The notes: a model not told the origin generated them from the sequence alone. A stretch of 64,000 nt of DNA from an uncultured Gammaproteobacteria bacterium (GCA_964491475.1 CAZBFO010000002.1:277841-341840), one strand, 5' to 3'. Shown: positions 48,110 through 56,522, counted from the stretch's first letter. Program-made: numbers and translations.

Positions 48110-48868
48110 ATGAAGACCGCCGTGGGCAAAGCTACGTTTTTGAGGCTGCTGGGCATAGTCGCCGGTTCCATGGTTTTCGCCATGGCCGTCCCCGTCGCTT
48201 ATGACCCCTCCGCATTCAACATGCTTTTGCCGGTGGCGATTTTTACCGCCGCCCTGCTGGCGATAATGATCGTCAATGCCGCCGACCGCCGCGAAAAGCT
48301 GATGGAGGCCGTCCGTCTGGAGCTCAACAAGCTTCGCCGCATCTACCATCTCTCCAAGAACATCGCCGAGAACAACGGCAAGTACCGCACCTGGTTCACC
48401 GACATGCACGGTTTCATCTACGGCTACCTGTCGGGGTTTTCGGGCAAGGACTTTTCGGCTTACGACAAGTTCAACGGCGGTTTCCGCAAGGTCAGCTATC
48501 ATATCTACACCATCCCCGACATGGACACCCGCAAGTGCGAGGTGCTCTTCCAGGACTTGCTCCACACCGCGGGTACGGTCGCCGAGGCGCGCCAGCAGAT
48601 CAAGGAGCTGTGGGATAACCGCATGTCGGCGTTCGGCTGGACGGTCGTCGGACTTTCTTCGCTGGGATACGTCGTAGCCACGATTTTCGCCATGGACGAC
48701 TGCCTGCAATGCAGGATAGTCAGCGGCATCTCCATCGCCGCGATGCTCCTGGCCCTCGATTACCTCCGTGATACCGATACCCTCTCGGGCGAAAAGAAGG
48801 CCTTGGCGGAGCGCTATGTGGCTAACGTCGGACGCCTTGAGCTGGGCCGCAGGCACGAGGAAGAATAA
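48110..48868 (+). CDS. Hypothetical membrane protein
   Basis: Two N-terminal TM helices and two C-terminal TM helices. The ATG lies 10 nt after a TGCTATACT extended -10. No recognised domain. Confidence 0.5.
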   Translation: MKTAVGKATFLRLLGIVAGSMVFAMAVPVAYDPSAFNMLLPVAIFTAALLAIMIVNAADRREKLMEAVRLELNKLRRIYHLSKNIAENNGKYRTWFTDMHGFIYGYLSGFSGKDFSAYDKFNGGFRKVSYHIYTIPDMDTRKCEVLFQDLLHTAGTVAEARQQIKELWDNRMSAFGWTVVGLSSLGYVVATIFAMDDCLQCRIVSGISIAAMLLALDYLRDTDTLSGEKKALAERYVANVGRLELGRRHEEE

Positions 48869-48871
48869 ACT

Positions 48872-49021
48872 ATGAAAAATCACGCGGGCGGAAACCGAAA
48901 GTCGGGACCGGGCTACCGCACGCCCAGCACTTTCCGTTTCGAGGTCCAGCGCCGGACCCGCAATCAGCAGGTGAAGAACAAATATTCCAACGACAATCAT
49001 CCGTTCACCAAGAAAGCCTGA
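48872..49021 (+). CDS. Small (49 aa) basic hypothetical protein
   Basis: An AGGAAG RBS lies 7 nt upstream. GC3 is about 70%. A strong rho-independent terminator follows immediately. This ORF is below the cutoff of the supplied ORF track. Confidence 0.35.
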   Translation: MKNHAGGNRKSGPGYRTPSTFRFEVQRRTRNQQVKNKYSNDNHPFTKKA

Positions 49022-49046
49022 TGAGGACATCGTCAGTCTTTTTTTA
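49015..49046 (+). terminator. Rho-independent terminator after the 49-aa ORF
   Basis: CTGATGA-GGACA-TCGTCAG (7 bp, one G-U pair) followed by TCTTTTTTT. Confidence 0.55.
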
Positions 49047-49060
49047 ACGCCCACCGCACT

Positions 49061-49753
49061 ATGCCACGCTCGCACGAAACCGTCGTCCTTTCCCTCGGCG
49101 GCTCGCTGATCGCCCCCAGGGAGGGGATAGACGTGGCGTTCCTGAAGGCCTTCGGGAACTTGGTGCGCCGCCACGTCAAGAAGGGCCGGCGCTTCGTGAT
49201 CATCTGCGGCGGCGGCACCACCGCACGCAACTACCAGGGCGCGGCAGAGAAGGTCACCAAGCTCACTCGCGACGATTTGGACTGGCTGGGCATCCATGCC
49301 ACGCGCCTCAATGCGCACCTGCTGCGCACGGTGTTCCGCAACCTGGCCCATCCGCGCATCATCACCGACCCGCACGAGGACATGGCTTCGCGCCGGCCGG
49401 TCATCATCGGCGCAGGCTGGCGTCCGGGCTGCTCGACCGACTACGATGCGGTGCTCCTGGCCAAGCGCTACGACGCCACGCGACTCATCAACCTTTCAAA
49501 CATCGCCTACGTCTACGACAAGGACCCCCGCAAGCATGCCGACGCCGTTGCCCTGCCGTCGCTCACTTGGAAGGAGTTCCGCAAGCGCTTCGGTTCGCGC
49601 TGGCACCCGGGACTCAACAGCCCCTTCGACCCCGTAGCCTCGAAGGAAGCCGAACGTATCGGCTTGACCGTGGTCATCGCAGAGGGCCGTGACATCGCCA
49701 ACCTGGATCGGATGCTGGAAGGGAAGCCGTTCAAGGGGACGATGGTCGGCTGA
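49061..49753 (+). CDS. pyrH: UMP kinase, archaeal-type (amino-acid kinase family)
   Basis: VVLSLGGSLI...VIICGGGTTARNY...IIGAGWRPGCSTDYDAVLLAKR resembles archaeal PyrH rather than the bacterial KYKRILLKLSGE type. Confidence 0.7.
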   Translation: MPRSHETVVLSLGGSLIAPREGIDVAFLKAFGNLVRRHVKKGRRFVIICGGGTTARNYQGAAEKVTKLTRDDLDWLGIHATRLNAHLLRTVFRNLAHPRIITDPHEDMASRRPVIIGAGWRPGCSTDYDAVLLAKRYDATRLINLSNIAYVYDKDPRKHADAVALPSLTWKEFRKRFGSRWHPGLNSPFDPVASKEAERIGLTVVIAEGRDIANLDRMLEGKPFKGTMVG

Positions 49754-49796
49754 ATCGCGTTGACGAAACCGCCGCCCGTTGTTAAAAAAGACGGGT

Positions 49797-50264
49797 ATGC
49801 ATGACGCCTCCAAGAAGAAACTGCTTTCCGCCGCCGTTCCGGTCGGACTCGCCCTGGTCATCATCGCCGTCATGGGCTTCATCATGTCCCGTGACGCCCA
49901 AAAGCTGATGGTTCGCGCCTCGGACAAGCCGCCGGCGATTGATTTCAGCTGGTCGCCTGCCGGCCCGGTCTCGCTGGCCGAAATGAAGGGCATGCTCAAG
50001 ATCGCCGATGACTACGGTTTGGACTTCACCACCTATCACATGAAGCTGGTGGAGCTTGATCGTGACATCGACCTTCCCATTCCGGGCCTGATCGGCAAGG
50101 AATACGAGCAACCGATCTCGTTCTCGCTGATTGCCAACGACCCCAAGCTGATCGGCCTGAACCGCCTGACGGTCGTCACGTCCATCGCCGACGACCGCGG
50201 GCAGAGGACGGAACTGACGCGCGTCATCGACCTTCGCCAGGACGTCTCCATTAATCCCAAGTAA
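49797..50264 (+). CDS. Hypothetical membrane-anchored protein
   Basis: N-terminal TM helix LLSAAVPVGLALVIIAVMGFIM and a soluble domain with no recognised motif. A bidirectional terminator follows. Confidence 0.5.
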   Translation: MHDASKKKLLSAAVPVGLALVIIAVMGFIMSRDAQKLMVRASDKPPAIDFSWSPAGPVSLAEMKGMLKIADDYGLDFTTYHMKLVELDRDIDLPIPGLIGKEYEQPISFSLIANDPKLIGLNRLTVVTSIADDRGQRTELTRVIDLRQDVSINPK

Positions 50265-50265
50265 A

Positions 50266-50300
50266 GAAAAAAGCCCTCGCAAGCGCGAGGGCTTTCCGTT
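50266..50300. terminator. Bidirectional terminator between convergent genes
   Basis: AAAAAA, GCCCTCGC-AAGC-GCGAGGGC, then TTTCCGTTTC. Confidence 0.65.
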
Positions 50301-51482
50301 TCAGGCGGGTTCGTCGTTGGCGGCATCTTCGCGCTCGGCGGCCGCGAGCCGATGCTCCAGGCCGGCCAGCTCGTTGCCGGCTGCTTTGCGTCGCAGGACG
50401 ATGTGCGGGCGCACGTGCACGGTCTTGGTGCGCGTGTCTTCGCCTTCCGCATCCTTGCGGCGCGGCGGACGACGCCAGTGGCCTGGCTTGATGTGCGCCG
50501 GGAGGTCGCTGCCGCCGCCCAGCATGCCGATGCCCAGGAACATCCTGCGATGCTCGGAGGTAAGCGGCTTGTCGGTGCTGACGACGGCGTATTCGGCACC
50601 GTGCAGTACGGGATCAGGACAAGCCTTCCAAGGTGACACCAGCGCGGTGTCTTTCGGCAGCGTGTCCAGGTACAGGCACAGGCCGATGACCAGGCGAGCC
50701 GCCTGATCCCATTCGGGGTGGGTGCCGCCGCAGCCGCACAGTTTCCCGTGCTGCTTCTGCATCAGGTCGTCGATCGAGTCGGTCACCGGGAGGTCGGCGA
50801 TGCCGTCTTCAAACAGGCCGAAGTTCGAGAGGCTGCCTGCATGGACGCGCTGCCGTGCCGCCTTGAATTCGGCGTCTAGTGTCGGCCAGCGCTTTTCTGC
50901 CAGCGCCTTTTCCATGCGCGCCCTCGTGCCTGGTTCAAGCGGAGCGCGTTCCAATCTCTTGGAGAGCAGCCGGAAGCTGATCAGCGTCCTGGGTTCGCCG
51001 CCACCGGGGTCGGCGAGACAAATGCCGTTTACCAAAATGGCATCGATAGGTGCGCCGGTCTTGTCGATGATGGGCTCCTCAAGTCCCACCACAAAGGCAC
51101 CGGACGGCCAGGGAATTCCAGACCAGGTGACGCCCTTGAGGGAAGTCGCGTTGAGCAGCGCCTGCAAGTCGCGGGACAGGCGATAGCCGCGGCGCGACTC
51201 CGTCATCCATGACGCGACGTGCACCGGAATCATGACCCGCGTGGCGCCGACCGCCTCTATCAGGGTATCTTCCGGCTGCAGATAAGGCGCTAAATGGTCG
51301 AGGCTCCCTGTGGCCTTGGCATGGACTTCGGTCCGCAGCTGTCGGTTGTTCTTAACGACCCAGTCCAGCGGACTGGGCGGAATGCCGCCGGTCCTTGCGT
51401 TCAGCGCCTTTCGCATGCCGTACAGGAAAATGCAGTCCTCCCAAATGCGAAGCATCTGGCTGACGCGGGCGAGCTGTTTCAT
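50301..51482 (-). CDS. Hypothetical protein (393 aa) with a CGCGG motif and an Arg/His-rich C-terminus
   Basis: GC3 is high and the gene is divergent from the rplJ leader region. Contains HGKLCGCGGTHPEWD and ...HIKPGHWRRPPRRKD...VHVRPHIVLRRK. No family recognised. Confidence 0.55.
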   Translation of the reverse strand: MKQLARVSQMLRIWEDCIFLYGMRKALNARTGGIPPSPLDWVVKNNRQLRTEVHAKATGSLDHLAPYLQPEDTLIEAVGATRVMIPVHVASWMTESRRGYRLSRDLQALLNATSLKGVTWSGIPWPSGAFVVGLEEPIIDKTGAPIDAILVNGICLADPGGGEPRTLISFRLLSKRLERAPLEPGTRARMEKALAEKRWPTLDAEFKAARQRVHAGSLSNFGLFEDGIADLPVTDSIDDLMQKQHGKLCGCGGTHPEWDQAARLVIGLCLYLDTLPKDTALVSPWKACPDPVLHGAEYAVVSTDKPLTSEHRRMFLGIGMLGGGSDLPAHIKPGHWRRPPRRKDAEGEDTRTKTVHVRPHIVLRRKAAGNELAGLEHRLAAAEREDAANDEPA

Positions 51483-51607
51483 CGGATTCTCCTCTGAAAT
51501 GAGCGGTTTTCTTGCACGATGCCCACCGGCATCGACGCTCTTTTGTAGCAGCGTTTGGGCTTTCGGTCAACATGCGGCGTTTATCCACCCTTGTCGGCAC
51601 CAGCACC

Positions 51608-51636
51608 TTGACGGTTATGGGCGGTTCATATACAGT
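51608..51636 (+). promoter_or_regulatory. Candidate sigma-70-type promoter for rplJL (TTGACG-17-TACAGT)
   Basis: A TTGACG -35 and a TACAGT -10 with a 17-nt spacer, about 210 nt upstream of the rplJ ATG, leaving room for a long structured leader. Confidence 0.4.
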
Positions 51637-51658
51637 ACCGGCACAACCGAATTGCCTA

Positions 51659-51770
51659 AGACAATGGGTCCCGAAAAGGGTTAAGTGCTCGCGAAAGCGG
51701 GCGGCCTATCGAGGTAACAGCCTTTGATTTTCCCCGTAAACGGGCGAAAACGCATTGGAACCCATTGTCT
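51659..51770 (+). promoter_or_regulatory. Structured 5' leader of rplJ, candidate L10(L12)4 autoregulatory leader
   Basis: An 11-bp perfect long-range inverted repeat (AGACAATGGGT...ACCCATTGTCT) encloses about 90 nt containing a CCC-GAAAA-GGG hairpin, a CUCGC-GAAA-GCGGG GNRA hairpin and a CCCG-UAAA-CGGG hairpin. Confidence 0.4.
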
Positions 51771-51844
51771 GCGGCCATACGGCGTGCAGATGTTTTGTTT
51801 TAAAGGTCGATTTGGAGGAATCAACGTAAAAGGAGAATCCCACT

Positions 51845-52369
51845 ATGGCCAAGTCTCGTGCAAAGAAGCAATCAGAAGTTCAGGAGTTCGTTGAAGGTTT
51901 CACCAAGTCGAACGCGGTCGTCTTCGCGGACTTGTCAGGACTCAAGGTGAACGACGCCTCGTCGTTCCGCCGCACCGCCAAGAAGGAGGACGTCGCCATC
52001 AACACGGCGAAGAAGACCCTTCTGAAGATCGCCCTCAAGGAAGCTGCCGTGACGGCAGTCGACACCAAGGACCTCGGCGGCTCGGTCTCGATGCTCTTCG
52101 GCTTCGGCGACGCCGTCGCTCCCGCCAAGGTGCTCGAGGAGTTCCGCAAGGATCACGCCAACGTCAAAGTGCTCGGCGGCATCCTCGAAGGAAAGTGGAT
52201 GACCACCCAGCAGGTCCAGGCGCTCGCCAAGCTTCCTTCGAAGCAGCAGCTGCTGGGACAGCTCGTCGGTACGCTCAACGCGCCGGTCTCCGGCTTCGTC
52301 AACGTGCTCGCCGGCAACCTCCGCGGTCTCGTCACCGTTCTCAATGCGGTCAAGGAAGCCAAGGCTTAA
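51845..52369 (+). CDS. rplJ: 50S ribosomal protein L10
   Basis: An AAAGGAG RBS, and N-terminal FVEGFTKSNAVVFADLSGLKVNDASSFRR typical of L10. Confidence 0.95.
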   Translation: MAKSRAKKQSEVQEFVEGFTKSNAVVFADLSGLKVNDASSFRRTAKKEDVAINTAKKTLLKIALKEAAVTAVDTKDLGGSVSMLFGFGDAVAPAKVLEEFRKDHANVKVLGGILEGKWMTTQQVQALAKLPSKQQLLGQLVGTLNAPVSGFVNVLAGNLRGLVTVLNAVKEAKA

Positions 52370-52402
52370 TACTCAACTGTTGTTAAACTACCCACCACTA
52401 CT

Positions 52403-52807
52403 ATGTCGGAAATGAAGAACGTGGAGGTCCCGGCCAAGTTCAAGGACCTCGTCGAGTCGATCGAAAAGATGACCGTCCTTGATCTCGCCGAGCTCGTGAA
52501 GCTCCTCGAGGACAAGTTCGGCGTCTCCGCCGCCGCTCCTGCCATGATGATGGCCGCCCCGGCCGTCGGCGGTGCAGCTGCCGCCGCCGAAGAGAAGACC
52601 TCTTTCGACGTTGAGCTCACCGATGCCGGCGCCAACAAGATCGGCGTCATCAAGGCGGTCCGCGAACTGACCCAGCTCGGCCTCAAGGAGGCCAAGGACA
52701 TGGTCGACGGCGCCCCCAAGATGGTCAAGGAAGGCGTCGCCAAGGCCGATGCCGACACCATGAAGAAGAAGCTCGAAGAGGCCGGCGCCAAGGTTACCCT
52801 CAAGTAA
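52403..52807 (+). CDS. rplL: 50S ribosomal protein L7/L12
   Basis: N-terminal dimerisation helix, an Ala-rich hinge ([22 protein letters not shown]) and a C-terminal domain ([67 protein letters not shown]). Confidence 0.95.
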   Translation: MSEMKNVEVPAKFKDLVESIEKMTVLDLAELVKLLEDKFGVSAAAPAMMMAAPAVGGAAAAAEEKTSFDVELTDAGANKIGVIKAVRELTQLGLKEAKDMVDGAPKMVKEGVAKADADTMKKKLEEAGAKVTLK

Positions 52808-52820
52808 CCGGCGCAACCGA

Positions 52821-52852
52821 AAAGACCGCTCGCAAGGGGCGGTCTTTTTTTG
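52821..52852 (+). terminator. Rho-independent terminator after rplL
   Basis: AGACCGC-TCGCAAGGG-GCGGTCT followed by TTTTTTT. Confidence 0.7.
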
Positions 52853-52870
52853 CGGCTATGCGATGTGAGG

Positions 52871-53035
52871 GCCAGCGGCGCAGCCGCGAGGCGGCCCCGC
52901 CCGCAGGGGTACAGAATATTTTTTAGCCTGCGGGCCAAAAAATTTCCTCTACCTCGCGCGAAATCCGGCTGCGGCCGGATTTCGCGCTGCGGTAAGCCCC
53001 CTGCGGGCGGGGCCGCCTCGCGGCTGCGCCGCTGG
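52871..53035. repeat. MITE-like nested palindromic element with perfect 39-bp terminal inverted repeats enclosing two internal hairpins
   Basis: Left arm 52871-52909 (GCCAGCGGCGCAGCCGCGAGGCGGCCCCGCCCGCAGGGG) is the exact reverse complement of right arm 52997-53035. The 87-nt core holds ATTTTTT-AGCCTGCGGGCC-AAAAAAT and a 14-bp stem GCGCGAAATCCGGC-TGCG-GCCGGATTTCGCGC. Confidence 0.6.
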
Positions 53036-53128
53036 CGTGGCAGATGCAGGGGCTCAAATTGACCGGGCTGGCGGACGTGGTACTGTTGCGGCGTTGTTCA
53101 TTTCGTTACACGAAAAAGAGGTGCGACG

Positions 53129-53980
53129 ATGTCGCGGATTGTTGGCGTGGATTGCGGCACTTCTTTGCGGAAGTATGCTTGGCGCGGCGACGACGGGAAG
53201 CTGCAGTTTCGGACCTGTTTCGGCGACGCGCGGGAAGAGCAGCTGCTCAAGGAGCTGATCGGCGGGTGCTGCGTCACGGCGCAGCTGGTCGGGATAGGTG
53301 AGCGGCCCACGGCCGACTGCGTCATTTATCGCACGGCGACCGGAGATGTCATCGACGACGAGGTGCGGTTGCAGGCCGAGGGCGTGCGGCAGCTGCTCAA
53401 GGAGCAGGGGATGCCGCACGACGAATTCTTGGTCGCGTCGGTCGGGACGGGAACGTCTTACGCCGTTTTTGCCGACGGAAAGGCGGAGAAACTGCCGTTC
53501 GGAAATCCGATCGGCGGCGGGTTCATTTCCGGACTCTCTCGGGGTGCGCCGCACTGGGTGATGGCCGATCTGGCGGCCAAGTCCATGGGCGATTCGCTCG
53601 ATCTGCTGTATAAGCACGTCTTTCCCGAGAAGGAAGGGAGCGCAGAAGGCGAATTCGTCATTTCGCATTTCGCGCGCAAAGTCGAAAAGCGCACCGCCGA
53701 ACAGTACTACGCCAGCGTGCTGAACACCGTCGCCGTGGCGGTGGCGCGCGACCTGCTGATGTATCGCGCGTCGCGTCCGCTGCCGCAGCAGGTGGCGTTC
53801 ATAGGCACGTGCGTCAGCATGATGCGGCCGCTGGCGCTGCTGCTGCAGGCGTACGCGGCGGGAATCGGGTTCACCCCGACGGTGCCCGTCAGCGGGGAAT
53901 ATTCGGCGGCGATCGGCGCCTTGCTTTCGGCGGAGGCGGAACGTGCCGCCGAGCAGGGCGGAGACATCGGCGAACGCTGA
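53129..53980 (+). CDS. ASKHA-superfamily ATPase, putative type II (fumble-like) pantothenate kinase
   Basis: Phosphate-1 motif IVGVDCGTSLRKYAW and phosphate-2/adenosine motif LVASVGTGTSYAVF resemble CoaW/fumble PanK. An AAGAGG RBS precedes the ATG. Confidence 0.55.
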   Translation: MSRIVGVDCGTSLRKYAWRGDDGKLQFRTCFGDAREEQLLKELIGGCCVTAQLVGIGERPTADCVIYRTATGDVIDDEVRLQAEGVRQLLKEQGMPHDEFLVASVGTGTSYAVFADGKAEKLPFGNPIGGGFISGLSRGAPHWVMADLAAKSMGDSLDLLYKHVFPEKEGSAEGEFVISHFARKVEKRTAEQYYASVLNTVAVAVARDLLMYRASRPLPQQVAFIGTCVSMMRPLALLLQAYAAGIGFTPTVPVSGEYSAAIGALLSAEAERAAEQGGDIGER

Positions 53981-53985
53981 CGCAG

Positions 53986-54024
53986 AACGAAAGGACCGGC
54001 TCTTGTGAGCCGGTCCGTTTTCAT
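53986..54024. terminator. Bidirectional terminator
   Basis: GGACCGGCTC-TTGT-GAGCCGGTCC, a perfect 10-bp stem, flanked by AACGAAA on one side and GTTTTCATT on the other. Confidence 0.7.
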
Positions 54025-54032
54025 TCCGCGGC

Positions 54033-56357
54033 TTACTTCACGTCCGGAAGTGCGAAGCGGAGCACTTGATTTCCCTTGGTGACGTAGGCGACGGTGCCCT
54101 TGTCGTCGATGGTGAAGTCGGTGGCGCCGTTCATGGCCTCGTTGACGTATTGGGCCACCAGCGTGCCGACGTGCTTGTCGTAACGGAGGATGCGGGCGGG
54201 ATTGGTGTCGAGCACGAACAGGTCGGCGTCAGGCGCGGTGCGGATGCGCACTGCCGACGTGACCGGCGGGTCCGCTGCCGAGACGTCGAACGGGGATTGC
54301 AGGCCCTTGACCACGTGGACGATGCTGCCGTCCTTGTTGAGCACCCAGACCGCGCCGTCGATCGCCATGGAGACGCCGCGGCTCAAGTCGGTGCCGTCCT
54401 TGAGATAGAACTGCGGTTTGCCGAAATCCTTGGATTCGGCCAGATGCCGGGTGATGCGGTTATGGCTGGCGTCGAGGACGTACAGGCGGGAGTTGTAGAT
54501 TCCGGCATCGGCAGGATCGGTCTGCGAGGAGGCGAAGTCGACGGGCACGTCGTTCTTTTTTCCGGCCAGGGTGATGCGAGCGCCCGCGCCGGCGGAAGTC
54601 GCCACGTACACGTCCTTGCCCTGCGCGATGAACACGGCGGGGGAAGCGCCTCCGGGGACGTCACCTGCCTTTTCGGCAGTGCCGCCGCTGGTCGCCAGGC
54701 GGTACACCTCGCCGGCCGATGAGGCCACCCAGAGGGTGTCGTCGGCGGAAGTCATTTTGGCCAATGATGCGGCGCCCGCCGCGGAAGTGATGCTGGCGAG
54801 GATGTCGGGCTGGCCGACTTTGACTTCGCGGCGCAGGCTGTCATGCGCGGCGGCGATTTTCTTCGTCAGCGCCTCCTTGGCGTCTTTTTCGGAAGGTTTT
54901 GCGTCGGGGAGCACGGCGACGGCGGACGTGGCGTCTGCCAGCAGGGAAGCCGCGCGGGATTCGTCATGGTAGATGGCGCTGGCTTCGGCCGAATCGATCT
55001 TCTGTTGGATGGCCGTGAGCTGCTGTTCGTACGCGGCGAACCGGTCTTCCTTGGCCTTGTTCCACGAAGACGTCATCAAGCCTGCCTTGGCAACGAATAT
55101 CATCAGCAGCGCAGCCAGCAGCAGGGCCCTGCTCGGCTTGTTCAACGAGTTGAACCTGTCGACCATTCGGTTCATGAAACCGTCGGTGTTCTGCCGCACG
55201 GCCGCGATTTTTGCCGATCGTTTTTCCCTGCTGAACATCGCCAACAGGAACGAGCCGATGCCCGACAGCAGCGCCAGCAGTCCTTTTGCCGAGGCTTTCA
55301 GCGCTTTGGCGGCCATTTCCAGCACGGAACCGACCAGCGTGCGCTCGGACGGTTGGATCGGAGCAGGGACGCGGAGCGATGCGGGCTTCTCTGGCGCACG
55401 CGAGTCGCTTGGTGCCTGCGTCGCGGGTTTTTTCTGCTGCTGGGCGGGTGCCGGTTTGCCGTCCTCGCGGCGGAGCATGCCATTCATCTTTTTGCCGATG
55501 CCATTCATCAACGACGGGGCCATGGTCTCGCCGGTTTCCGATTGCGTGCGCAGCAGTTGCGCCATTGAGGCGCTGGTCTTGGAGCCCGCGGCGCGCTGTG
55601 CGGCCGGCGAGAGCGACGGATCGTTTTCGAGGTAACGGATTTCGGCGACGTCGAGCACCAGCAGGGCCATGGTGAGCATCCGGTCGCGAGGCGAAAGCAG
55701 GCGATTCAGCCGCGAGGTCGCCTCGGCGGGCTCATGTCCGAGAATGGCGGCGGTCAGCGCGTCGTCGCCGAGGTGATGGCGCAGGTCGTCAGATGCGACA
55801 AGCAGGCGGTCGCGCTTGCCAAGGCGGCCGGCGATGATGCTGCCGAAGCAGCGGCGCGCATAGACCGTCTTGTACGACGCTTGCTCCGCAGAGCCGTCAT
55901 CGACCAAGTCGAAAATCCGGGCGGCGTCGTTAGGAAGCGGATGGAACAGGAGCATCGAGGGTCCGCCCCAGGTGGAGGCGACCATGTCGTGATCCTTGAT
56001 GGACACGATAGCGGCGCTGACCCTTTCGGGGTCGATGTCCAGGCCGTATTCGCCAAACAGCCGGTTCAGGGCGTGGTTTGTGCGGCTGATTGCCGCTTCG
56101 AAAAGCTGGTCCTGCGGAGCGTCGCCGGAAAGCCGGCGTACCGCCTCGGCCGCACCGCGGGTGAAGGCGTCTTCGAGGTGCGCGGCCAATGCTTCGGCGT
56201 GACGGCCGTTGGCGTCGGCGGCGATGATGCCGTATGCGCGGCCGAAACGCTCCGTCGTTTCGCGGTCAAAATCCAAACGGAGAGCGTGAACGAAAGTCGC
56301 TCCCTTCTTGGCGTCCCAGCGGACGAGGTGGCTCATTCGTGCTTCCGTCAGTGACAT
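54033..56357 (-). CDS. Membrane protein with an N-terminal cytoplasmic PP2C-like (PPM) phosphatase domain, a TM segment and a C-terminal extracellular beta-propeller (NHL/YVTN-like blades)
   Basis: PPM-like motifs GIIAADANGRHAE, VSIKDHDMVASTWGGPSMLLF, RLLVASDDL and MLTMALLVLDV. TM segment LLALLSGIGSFLLAMF. Repeated blades VYVATSAG, LYVLDASHNRITRH, VWVLNKDGSIVHV, LFVLDTNPARILRY and VAYVTKGNQVLRF. Confidence 0.7.
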   Translation of the reverse strand: MSLTEARMSHLVRWDAKKGATFVHALRLDFDRETTERFGRAYGIIAADANGRHAEALAAHLEDAFTRGAAEAVRRLSGDAPQDQLFEAAISRTNHALNRLFGEYGLDIDPERVSAAIVSIKDHDMVASTWGGPSMLLFHPLPNDAARIFDLVDDGSAEQASYKTVYARRCFGSIIAGRLGKRDRLLVASDDLRHHLGDDALTAAILGHEPAEATSRLNRLLSPRDRMLTMALLVLDVAEIRYLENDPSLSPAAQRAAGSKTSASMAQLLRTQSETGETMAPSLMNGIGKKMNGMLRREDGKPAPAQQQKKPATQAPSDSRAPEKPASLRVPAPIQPSERTLVGSVLEMAAKALKASAKGLLALLSGIGSFLLAMFSREKRSAKIAAVRQNTDGFMNRMVDRFNSLNKPSRALLLAALLMIFVAKAGLMTSSWNKAKEDRFAAYEQQLTAIQQKIDSAEASAIYHDESRAASLLADATSAVAVLPDAKPSEKDAKEALTKKIAAAHDSLRREVKVGQPDILASITSAAGAASLAKMTSADDTLWVASSAGEVYRLATSGGTAEKAGDVPGGASPAVFIAQGKDVYVATSAGAGARITLAGKKNDVPVDFASSQTDPADAGIYNSRLYVLDASHNRITRHLAESKDFGKPQFYLKDGTDLSRGVSMAIDGAVWVLNKDGSIVHVVKGLQSPFDVSAADPPVTSAVRIRTAPDADLFVLDTNPARILRYDKHVGTLVAQYVNEAMNGATDFTIDDKGTVAYVTKGNQVLRFALPDVK

Positions 56358-56440
56358 ACGTAGCGCTACTTTTCCACACTCTTAAGGATAGCTTATTCTT
56401 CGGCAAAAGGCATCGGTTCGGCGGTCCAAAACGGCCGTTG

Positions 56441-56469
56441 TTGACCGCCGCATACTGGGGGATTATACT
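56441..56469 (+). promoter_or_regulatory. Sigma-70-type promoter TTGACC-17-TATACT
   Basis: A near-consensus -35 and -10 with a 17-nt spacer, about 54 nt upstream of ATG 56523. Confidence 0.5.
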
Positions 56470-56522
56470 ACACGAGAACTTAAAGGGGTACTGCAGTTTG
56501 CGGCCCCGGTGTGGACACCGAC

